Positions 42,948-50,018 of a stretch of DNA of 57,077 nt are shown one piece after another. The first letter of the stretch is position 1. Each line of letters opens with the position of its first letter. Origin of the DNA: an uncultured Candidatus Saccharibacteria bacterium (lineage in GTDB: Bacteria > Patescibacteriota > Minisyncoccia > UBA6257 > 2-01-FULL-56-20). A program made the translations under genes and the position numbers. The notes beneath the pieces are model-generated. The model made no database searches, had not been told where the DNA came from, and was given only the letters and a program-made list of their open reading frames with translations. The stretch covers positions 1-57,077 of the forward strand of contig CAYHXC010000009.1 of NCBI GenBank assembly GCA_964360585.1, written 5' to 3'.

Positions 42948-43817
42948 ATGGCAATTATTAATGGAACCGAAATCGCCAAGGAAATTCTTGAGCGATTAAA
43001 GAATCAACCGAAGCCGACAAAATTCTTGGCGGCAGTTTTAGTTGGTGATGATCCGGCCTCGGCCAGTTTTATTCGACAGAAAGAAAAAGTGGCAAAAGAG
43101 TTGGGCGTTGATTTTCGTTTGTATCAGTTTCCAGCAACGATTACGAAAGACGAACTGCGCGATAAAGTTTTGGAAATTGTTTCGGACAAAGCGTGTGGCG
43201 GTGTGATTGTGCAGTTGCCGTTACCGAATGATTTAGACAAGCACTATATATTGAATGTGGTTCCACAGGAAAAGGATGTGGATGTTTTGGGCGAGCAAGC
43301 GCTCGGTGCTTTTTATCTCGATCGAAACCCAATTCATCCGCCGGCCGTGGCCGTTGTTGAGGAAATTGTTGGTTGTCTCAAGATTGATCTTGCGAAAACA
43401 AAGGTAGCGGTGATTGGCGTCGGATTGCTCGTCGGAAAACCGATCAGTCTTTTCCTCGAGGGCAAGGCGGAGAAATTGGAGGTATTCCATCGCTCGAGCG
43501 GCAATTTCCAGAGTCAGCTCAAGGATTTTGACCTGGTAATTAGCGGCGCCGGTTCAGCCCGCCTCTTCTCGGCCAAAGACCTTAATTCTAAGGCCCTTGT
43601 GATTGATTTCGGCTATGATGAGCACGATGGGAAGATGGTTGGTGACTTCGACCCTTCGACGGATTCGACAGGCTCACCGCAAGCAAGTTCAGGACAAGCT
43701 CCCAAGGGGGGAGATGAGAAGGCTATTGCCTACACTCCCACCCCAGGCGGCACGGGACCAATTCTTGTGGCCAAACTGTACGAGAACTTCTATACTCTAA
43801 TTCATGATTTTATCTGA
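42948..43817 (+). CDS. folD: Bifunctional methylene-THF dehydrogenase/methenyl-THF cyclohydrolase FolD, carrying an insertion
   Basis: LAAVLVGDDPASASFIRQKEK...GVIVQLPLP...TPTPGGTGPILVAKL. An extra ~16 aa lies between GKMVGD and TPTPGG. Confidence 0.88.
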   Translation: MAIINGTEIAKEILERLKNQPKPTKFLAAVLVGDDPASASFIRQKEKVAKELGVDFRLYQFPATITKDELRDKVLEIVSDKACGGVIVQLPLPNDLDKHYILNVVPQEKDVDVLGEQALGAFYLDRNPIHPPAVAVVEEIVGCLKIDLAKTKVAVIGVGLLVGKPISLFLEGKAEKLEVFHRSSGNFQSQLKDFDLVISGAGSARLFSAKDLNSKALVIDFGYDEHDGKMVGDFDPSTDSTGSPQASSGQAPKGGDEKAIAYTPTPGGTGPILVAKLYENFYTLIHDFI

Positions 43818-44394
43818 TACAGACATAAAAAAAGCATTGGAAACCGGCCGAGTAGTAATTGATCCACTATTTCCCGATTCAATTCAGCCGGCTTCAGTTG
43901 ATCTCCATCTCGGTCCTGATTTTTTGATTTTTAGAAATAGCGGCCATGTTTGCATCGATCTTAAGGAACCGATCGATGACATCATGACCGAAGTGATAAT
44001 AGACAAGGATCGCCCATTCATTCTTCACCCAGGTGAGTTTGCTCTGGGAATGACCTATGAAATCGTCGGTGTGGCTGATGATATGGTCGGACGACTCGAA
44101 GGAAAATCATCGTTAGGCCGCGTCGGACTTATTATTCACGCCACGGCTGGTTATCTTGATCCTGGAAATAAATTAAAGATGACACTGGAACTGCATAATA
44201 TTTCTAACTTACCGATTAAGTTGTATTACAAAATGCCGATTGCACAGATATCGTTTACTCCACTTTCTTCTCCAGCAGAACATCCGTACGGCAAAGAACA
44301 ATTGAACAGCAAGTATTATGGCGCCATGAAGCCGCAGGCTTCGCAGTACTGGAAGAACTTTGAAAAAAATAATAAGTGGATTGATTTTTCTTAA
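43804..44394 (+). CDS. dcd: dCTP deaminase
   Basis: MILSDTDIKKALETGRVVIDP...IQPASVDLHLG...GRLEGKSSLGRVGLIIH. It overlaps the folD end by 14 nt. Confidence 0.88.
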   Translation: MILSDTDIKKALETGRVVIDPLFPDSIQPASVDLHLGPDFLIFRNSGHVCIDLKEPIDDIMTEVIIDKDRPFILHPGEFALGMTYEIVGVADDMVGRLEGKSSLGRVGLIIHATAGYLDPGNKLKMTLELHNISNLPIKLYYKMPIAQISFTPLSSPAEHPYGKEQLNSKYYGAMKPQASQYWKNFEKNNKWIDFS

Positions 44395-44400
44395 GGAAAG

Positions 44401-44832
44401 ATGAAAACAAAAATTACCAGAATTGATACTGCCCTGCCGCTTCCCGAGTACCAGAGCGCGGGTGCAGTGGCTTTTGATTTGTATTCGCGAGAAAAGATGG
44501 AGATTCCGCCGAAGGAGATTCGGTATGTGCCGACAAATCTCATTATTGAAGTTCCGCCGGGCTACGTTTTACTTGTAGCAGCGCGAAGCGGATTACATAA
44601 AAAAGGATTGTCACTCGCGAATGGCGTGGGCATCATCGATCAGGATTTCCATGGGCCGGAGGATGAGTTGAAATTAGTGGCCTATAATTTTTCTGATAAA
44701 CCAGTTGTTATTGAGAAGGGGGATCGTTTGGGACAGGGCATGTTTGTGCCGATCGAAAAAGTGGAGTGGGAAGAAGTCGCAAAAATAAAAGACACCTCAC
44801 GAGGGGGATTTGGCAGTACCGGAACTCAATGA
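44401..44832 (+). CDS. dut: dUTP diphosphatase
   Basis: GAVAFDLYS...AARSGL...GIIDQDFHG...SRGGFGSTG are the five dUTPase motifs. Confidence 0.9.
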   Translation: MKTKITRIDTALPLPEYQSAGAVAFDLYSREKMEIPPKEIRYVPTNLIIEVPPGYVLLVAARSGLHKKGLSLANGVGIIDQDFHGPEDELKLVAYNFSDKPVVIEKGDRLGQGMFVPIEKVEWEEVAKIKDTSRGGFGSTGTQ

Positions 44833-45440
44833 GTGGATATTCCGGAAAATTGATTGTTTTATATGGCGTTAATAACATTGGAAAAACTACCCAAACAGCC
44901 CTTCTTGTTTCACGGCTCAAAGAGGCCGGTAAAAATGCCTTCTCAATGAAGGCACCCCTCTACGATCTGAAACCGTCCGGTCCGATGATCAACGAGTATC
45001 TCCGAGAAGGAAATCCTCATGAGCTTGTTCCGCGCGAAGCACAAATTCTTTATGCCATGAATCGAGTGCAGTACGAAAGCGAGCTTGTTAATCGACTGGA
45101 ACAAGGAGAGTGGATTGTATTTGAGGACTACTGGGCAACGAGTGCGGCTTGGGGCGGTGCATCGGGAGTATCTTTAGATTTTTTGATTCAGTTAAACGAA
45201 TACATGTACCCTCCTGACCTCAACATTCTTATGGCTGGTACTCGATTTCTTTCGAGCGTGGAAGAGAAGCATAAACACGAGAGAAATACAGAACTGGCCG
45301 ATAAGGCCGTTTCTATTTTTGAGTCTCTCGCGAAGCAGTATAGTTGGCCGGTAGTAAGCGCCAATCAGTCTATAGAGCAGGTGCATGAGGATATTTGGCA
45401 AATTATCGTCAATCGGTTTAAGCTGGATGGAGTTGTTTGA
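44829..45440 (+). CDS. tmk: Thymidylate-kinase-like P-loop kinase
   Basis: KLIVLYGVNNIGKTTQTALLVSRLKEAG (P-loop). Its ATG overlaps the dut TGA (ATGA). The assignment rests partly on context. Confidence 0.6.
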   Translation: MSGYSGKLIVLYGVNNIGKTTQTALLVSRLKEAGKNAFSMKAPLYDLKPSGPMINEYLREGNPHELVPREAQILYAMNRVQYESELVNRLEQGEWIVFEDYWATSAAWGGASGVSLDFLIQLNEYMYPPDLNILMAGTRFLSSVEEKHKHERNTELADKAVSIFESLAKQYSWPVVSANQSIEQVHEDIWQIIVNRFKLDGVV

Positions 45441-45465
45441 CCACTACGCAACTTAGGAGGATTAT

Positions 45466-47112
45466 ATGACCATGAGTTTTACCCCAGAAGAAAAAGCATT
45501 GCTCGAAAAGTACGTCACCTCGGCCGAGGAGAATGTGTTTGCCATTCACGGCCTCTCCGGAATTGTGGGGGCGGTCTACGCTCGCTACTCACGGGCCAAA
45601 GGTGGGTTTCGTGAGACCTTGCTCAAGGAGTTTCTGAAAGACGGTATCATTGATCCCAAACATGCTGATGCTTTGATCGAACGTGTCTTGATTGCCTATG
45701 GTGATGATAGTGTTGGTGAATTGGAAGGCACTCATGTTTCCTTCGAAGAGATTTCGATGTTGGCCACCAAGGAAATTGAAGATCGTCGGATTGGCGGATC
45801 GCCAATTGAACAATCAACACGCTATGTTTTCTACGATCAAAAAAATGACAAAGGTGAGTGGCGATACTTGCGGCACTCGTCGCTCATCGAAACATCGTCC
45901 GGATCAGAATACGTGAAAACAATGGATGCGATCTTCGCGATCTATGTCGGTTTGATTGAGCCGATGAAGGAATACTTCGGGAAGATGAAGCCTCTTGAAG
46001 AGGCGGAGTACGATGTAAACGGCGATGGCAAAAAAGAACGATGGGCCGAGCTTACCTCCGAAGCTGAACAGAAAGCATTTCGGATGACGTACAACGCCGA
46101 TTTGCGAACGAAAGCGTGTGATGTTCTCCGATCTCTTCTACCGCTTGCGACGCTGACGAACGTGGGTATGTTCGGCAACGGTCGTTTCTTCCAAGGCGTG
46201 ATCACGCATCTGCTTTCGACGGATATTCCTGAAGCGATCACTATTGGCGAATCAGCCTTTAAGGCCACCAGTCAGGTTATTCCGCAGTATGTGCGGCGTG
46301 CGAAACGAAATGAATACCAAGTAGAGACAAGGCGAGCCATGTTTGCTCTTGCCGAATCTCTTTTTGGGAACGACCTTCCGTCAACACACACCAATCCAAG
46401 TGTGATGTTGATGCCTGAAGATAGCCGCGATGTAAGTACTTTCGCCGCTATGCTCTATCCGTACTCCAACCGCAGTCTCGAGGCGGTGCGAAAGTTTGTG
46501 GCCAATGCTTCCGAAGAAGTTCGCATGAATATTGCCAAAACGTATATCGGCAAACGCCGCACTCGTCGCGATCGTCCGGGCCGAGCCCTCGAAGACGGCT
46601 ATCCCTACACGTTCGATCTCGTGACCAACTGGGGGGTGTACAAAGATCTGATGCGCCATCGAATGAATACGCAACAACGCCAGCTTTTCACGACCAAGCT
46701 TGGTTTCGAGATGCCGGCAGAAATTATTGATGCCGGTTATGAAAGCCAGGCCAAGAAATGTGTGGAGCTAGCCGACAAATTGTTTGATCTCATTACCACG
46801 ACCGACAAAACTTTGGCGCAGTACGCTGTGCTCCACGGGCACTTTGCCCGCTGGTCACTTGGTTGTAACGATCGTGAAGCTGAACATCTGATCGAGCTCA
46901 GAACCACGCCGCAGGGCCACACCAACTATCGCAAGGTGGGTCAGATGATGCATGCGGAAATTGCCAAACGATCTCCCTGGCGAGCTAAACTATTTCTTGG
47001 GTTTACCGATCATAACGACTACTTCTGGGCTCGCGGTGATGCTGAAGCAAATCAGCGAGTGAAAGAACGTAAGTTGGAAGAAAAACAATCCTCGAAAACC
47101 AATCAGCCCTAA
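45466..47112 (+). CDS. thyX: Long-form ThyX-like FAD-dependent thymidylate synthase (tentative)
   Basis: 548 aa. It has YARYSRAKG, IEQSTRYV and LMRHRMNTQQRQ (RHR motif) segments. SD AGGAGG lies upstream. It sits at the end of the dcd-dut-tmk operon. Confidence 0.55.
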   Translation: MTMSFTPEEKALLEKYVTSAEENVFAIHGLSGIVGAVYARYSRAKGGFRETLLKEFLKDGIIDPKHADALIERVLIAYGDDSVGELEGTHVSFEEISMLATKEIEDRRIGGSPIEQSTRYVFYDQKNDKGEWRYLRHSSLIETSSGSEYVKTMDAIFAIYVGLIEPMKEYFGKMKPLEEAEYDVNGDGKKERWAELTSEAEQKAFRMTYNADLRTKACDVLRSLLPLATLTNVGMFGNGRFFQGVITHLLSTDIPEAITIGESAFKATSQVIPQYVRRAKRNEYQVETRRAMFALAESLFGNDLPSTHTNPSVMLMPEDSRDVSTFAAMLYPYSNRSLEAVRKFVANASEEVRMNIAKTYIGKRRTRRDRPGRALEDGYPYTFDLVTNWGVYKDLMRHRMNTQQRQLFTTKLGFEMPAEIIDAGYESQAKKCVELADKLFDLITTTDKTLAQYAVLHGHFARWSLGCNDREAEHLIELRTTPQGHTNYRKVGQMMHAEIAKRSPWRAKLFLGFTDHNDYFWARGDAEANQRVKERKLEEKQSSKTNQP

Positions 47113-47218
47113 ACGGCTGATTTTTTACGTCAATAAGTTGACACTGAGGTATATATATGTAGAATGAACTCCATCGAAAGCAAAGGCTTTTGGCCCTCCT
47201 ACCATAGATATACATCGT

Positions 47219-47767
47219 ATTAACAATCAAATAACGGCACTGGAATTACGCGTAATCGGCAGTCAGGGCGAAAGCCTCGGCGTGATGGAGCGGGCAGCCG
47301 CCCTCGACATGGCCCGAGAGAAAGGCCTAGATCTGATCGAAATTGCCCCAAACGCCAAACCACCAGTCGCCCGGATGATGAGTTTCGACAAGTATCGTTA
47401 TGAGCGGGACAAGGCAGCCAAGAAGGAGCGTCAGGGACAGAAAAGCAGCTCTCTCAAGCAAGTTCAGATTAGTGTGCGCATGGCCGAGAATGATCTCAAT
47501 GTGAAGTTAAAGCGGACGATTGAGTTTCTCGAGGGAGGACATCCCGTCGAGATTCGTATGCGGCTTCGCGGACGAGAAAAAGCTAATCGCGACTTTGCCA
47601 AAGGAAAGTTGCAGGCCTACCTGGCCCTAATCCTGCTGCCGTATAAGTTTATTAGCGATATCAAAGCAAACGGTAACGGATTTAGCACAACGATTGTCGG
47701 AACCGCTCCGAAAAAGACTGAAGCCGAAAACAATAATGCTACTAACGAAATGAACGAGTCCCGTTAG
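47219..47767 (+). CDS. infC: Translation initiation factor IF-3 with a probable non-AUG start (AUU, or AUA just upstream)
   Basis: The frame is open from 47168. INNQITALELRVIGSQGESLGVMERAAALDMAREKGLDLIEIAPNAKPPVARMM aligns with the IF-3 N-domain, which begins before the first ATG/GTG of the ORF track. Confidence 0.8.
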   Translation: MNNQITALELRVIGSQGESLGVMERAAALDMAREKGLDLIEIAPNAKPPVARMMSFDKYRYERDKAAKKERQGQKSSSLKQVQISVRMAENDLNVKLKRTIEFLEGGHPVEIRMRLRGREKANRDFAKGKLQAYLALILLPYKFISDIKANGNGFSTTIVGTAPKKTEAENNNATNEMNESR

Positions 47768-47872
47768 AAGCCGCGATCGCTTTCAAAAAAAACAAAACAC
47801 CATGAATAGTCGAAATATAAAAATTAACATAAATTGCAGAGTCGCTAAGATCGCGATCTGCTTCTAATGGGA
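47759..47872 (+). repeat. Long-range hairpin cassette spanning the infC stop to the rpmI start
   Basis: The left arm tcccgttagaagccgcgatcgc (47759-47780) contains the infC TAG. The right arm gatcgcgatctgcttctaatggga (47849-47872) ends on the A of the rpmI ATG. The loop contains aatagtcgaa. Confidence 0.8.
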
Positions 47873-48039
47873 TGAGGAAAAGTAATACCAAACGAATTAG
47901 AATCACCAAGAATGGAAAAGTGATTCGTCGGCCGATGGCCGCGGGTCATAACCGCACGCGAAAGTCTTCGAAGTTGATTCGCAGCAAGCGAAAGGGAAAG
48001 AATCTCAATATGCCGAAGAAAACCATCTTGAATTATTAA
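47872..48039 (+). CDS. rpmI: 50S ribosomal protein L35
   Basis: Below the ORF-track size cutoff. My translation is MRKSNTKRIRITKNGKVIRRPMAAGHNRTRKSSKLIRSKRKGKNLNMPKKTILNY*. Confidence 0.85.
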   Translation: MRKSNTKRIRITKNGKVIRRPMAAGHNRTRKSSKLIRSKRKGKNLNMPKKTILNY

Positions 48040-48127
48040 TCAAATTGCCCTAATATCTAATTCCTAATATTTAAACATTGGGATTTGTTTAGAAATTAGA
48101 AATTCGGATTTAGAAATTTTATACACT

Positions 48128-48484
48128 ATGCCACGCGTTAAACGAGGAACAACTGCTAATAGAAAGCGAGCCAAAGTCCTAAAGAAAACTAAGGGATTTA
48201 AATGGGGCCGAAAATCGAAAGAACGAGCCGCTAAGGAAGCTTTGCTTCACGCCGAGTCGCGAATGTTCCGCGGCCGAAAAGAGAAGAAGCGAAATTTCCG
48301 ATCCCTTTGGAATGTACGAATTAGCGCTGCTTCGAGTGCTCAAGGAATTTCTTACAGTCGCTTGATCGGTGGTTTGAAAAAGCAAAAGATTGCCTTAGAT
48401 CGGAAGTCGTTGGCCATGTTAGCCAAAGATCATCCGGAAGTCTTCGCGGAAGTGCTAAAACAGTCTGGTGTAACCACAAAATAA
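48128..48484 (+). CDS. rplT: 50S ribosomal protein L20
   Basis: MPRVKRGTTANRKRAKVLKKTKGFKWGRKS...RISAA are the canonical L20 features. Confidence 0.95.
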   Translation: MPRVKRGTTANRKRAKVLKKTKGFKWGRKSKERAAKEALLHAESRMFRGRKEKKRNFRSLWNVRISAASSAQGISYSRLIGGLKKQKIALDRKSLAMLAKDHPEVFAEVLKQSGVTTK

Positions 48485-48519
48485 GCAAATAACCTCTCAC
48501 AAAGAGTTTGAACTCTTTT

Positions 48520-48545
48520 AACTCACGATCGTGAAGTAGAAGAGT
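48520..48545. repeat. Direct repeat 1: relic of the ogt 3' end containing the palindrome TCACGATCGTGA
   Basis: aactcacgatcgtgaagtagaagagt matches 49139-49164 at 25 of 26 positions. Confidence 0.8.
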
Positions 48546-48556
48546 ACTAAGGCACA

Positions 48557-49153
48557 ATGAAACAAAGAGGAAAATTACTGTTAGCTGCTTTAGAAGCCAT
48601 GGCGGAAGTTGGTGTGACTACCATGGAACTTATAGAGGTTTTAGCAACTTCTCCATATGGATTGCCCTACGGGAAGTTAAATAATGCGTCGGAAGAAAAA
48701 AGGCTAGAACGAGAAAAACGAAAAAGAAGTTTCCAGCAAAAACGTGAAGTTTATAATCTTGTGTACCGTCTCCAACAGATGGGGTTAATCAAAAAGGAAA
48801 GGAATAAATGGGAGCTAACTTCGAATGGAAAAGGTAAGTTGCAGAAACTCAAGTCCTCTCACTCACCGCTTCCTCCTAAACTCTATTCTTCAAAGAATGA
48901 TAAAGAGTGGAAAATAATAATGTTCGATATTCCAGAGAAATATCGACGAAAGAGAGATTGGGTAAGAAGCACCGTGAGGCATCTTGGATTTCAGATGCTT
49001 CAGAAAAGTGTTTGGATTGGTAAAGTACAAGTGCCCGAGCAGTTTTTAAAAGATCTAGAGGAGCTTGATATACTTTCTTATGTGGAAATTCTGGCTATTA
49101 CGAAATCTGGGACTATCGAGAAATTGAGGGAATCTTCAAACTCACGATCGTGA
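48557..49153 (+). CDS. PaaX-like / Cas2-fold putative regulator
   Basis: An N-terminal winged-helix-like part is followed by WKIIMFDIPEKYRRKRDWVRSTVRHLGFQMLQKSVWI, the pattern of PaaX C-domain/Cas2-like proteins. Confidence 0.6.
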   Translation: MKQRGKLLLAALEAMAEVGVTTMELIEVLATSPYGLPYGKLNNASEEKRLEREKRKRSFQQKREVYNLVYRLQQMGLIKKERNKWELTSNGKGKLQKLKSSHSPLPPKLYSSKNDKEWKIIMFDIPEKYRRKRDWVRSTVRHLGFQMLQKSVWIGKVQVPEQFLKDLEELDILSYVEILAITKSGTIEKLRESSNSRS

Positions 49154-49164
49154 AATAGAAGAGT
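49139..49164. repeat. Direct repeat 2, overlapping both convergent stop codons
   Basis: aactcacgatcgtgaaatagaagagt. TCA CGA TCG TGA reads S-R-S-stop on both strands. Confidence 0.8.
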
Positions 49165-49438
49165 TCTCTATTTTAACACCTTCTTTTTTGAGGAGGGCGA
49201 GTTTTTTCTTCAATCCCCAGCGGTAGCCGCCGAGGGTGCCATCAGACTTAAGGACGCGGTGGCAGGGGACGGTTATTTTGGTCGCGTCGTACGAATGGAG
49301 GATGTTGCCGACGGCTCGGTACGCCTTGCTGTTGCCGGCGAGGCGGGCCACTTCGGCGTAGGTCCTGGTTTGGCCGCGCGGGATTTTTTTCACCACTCCG
49401 AGCACCCGGGCTGTAAAATCGTTTGTTGTTTTGACCAT
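49142..49438 (-). CDS. ogt: Methylated-DNA-protein-cysteine methyltransferase (Ogt/MGMT, DNA-binding/active-site domain only)
   Basis: IPRGQTRTYAEVARLAG...AVGNIL...VPCHRVL (PCHR active site). Start at ATG 49438. Confidence 0.85.
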   Translation of the reverse strand: MVKTTNDFTARVLGVVKKIPRGQTRTYAEVARLAGNSKAYRAVGNILHSYDATKITVPCHRVLKSDGTLGGYRWGLKKKLALLKKEGVKIENSSISRS

Positions 49439-49961
49439 AGCTTCTGCGATTATTACTTCTTGGGCGGTTATCGTTCGGTTTTTGGAAACCAGGCGGACGG
49501 CCCTGATTCCGGATAAAATCATGGGCTTGTTTTAAAACGCGGCGGGTTTCCGCGTACCGGCGGAGGATCTTCATCGCGTCTGGATAGAGGAACCAGGCGT
49601 AGCCGCTATGCTCTTCGAGCGAAATGGTTACGCGGGCCTGTTTCGTCTCAGCGAGATAGAGGATAACCGTATCATAAATCTTTTCCGTTTCGCTGTAAAA
49701 ATGGAATTTTTCATACGCCCGGAAAGTCGGGAGGATATGAAGCTCGCCTTTCTTGAGGCCAGTTTCTTCCTCGGTTTCACGTAGCGCCGTATCTAAGCTC
49801 TCCTCGCCCTCCTCGAAGTGGCCCTTGGGGAAGTTCCAGTACTCGCCGCGCTTATAGAGAAAGAGATACTTTACCCCCTCCTCGGTCTTTCGAAAGATGA
49901 CAAAGCCGGCGACGACCTGTTTTTTGACAGTTTTCTCCTTTTTATCAGGATTTTTGAGCAT
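49248..49961 (-). CDS. Nudix hydrolase with a long Arg/Pro/Gln-rich C-terminal extension overlapping ogt
   Basis: Nudix box GHFEEGEESLDTALRETEEETGL. The ORF has no stop until 49248, which is 191 nt inside ogt in another frame. Confidence 0.7.
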   Translation of the reverse strand: MLKNPDKKEKTVKKQVVAGFVIFRKTEEGVKYLFLYKRGEYWNFPKGHFEEGEESLDTALRETEEETGLKKGELHILPTFRAYEKFHFYSETEKIYDTVILYLAETKQARVTISLEEHSGYAWFLYPDAMKILRRYAETRRVLKQAHDFIRNQGRPPGFQKPNDNRPRSNNRRSYGQNNKRFYSPGARSGEKNPARPNQDLRRSGPPRRQQQGVPSRRQHPPFVRRDQNNRPLPPRP

Positions 49962-50018
49962 AAATGGAATGCCTCCATTGTAGCACTTCGCCAATCCGTA
50001 AGTCCAAATGGACCAGAA

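Noticed and set aside
44830-44832. Alternative genetic code (UGA recoded, as in some CPR lineages)
   Set aside because: TGA cleanly terminates dut, the PaaX-like gene, ogt and others at positions where the homologous proteins end. Conserved genes have no in-frame TGA.
49439-49522. A longer ogt start at 49522 (MILSGIRAVRLV...)
   Set aside because: The extension has no similarity to MGMT N-termini and lies inside the Nudix gene. The conserved domain begins right after ATG 49438.
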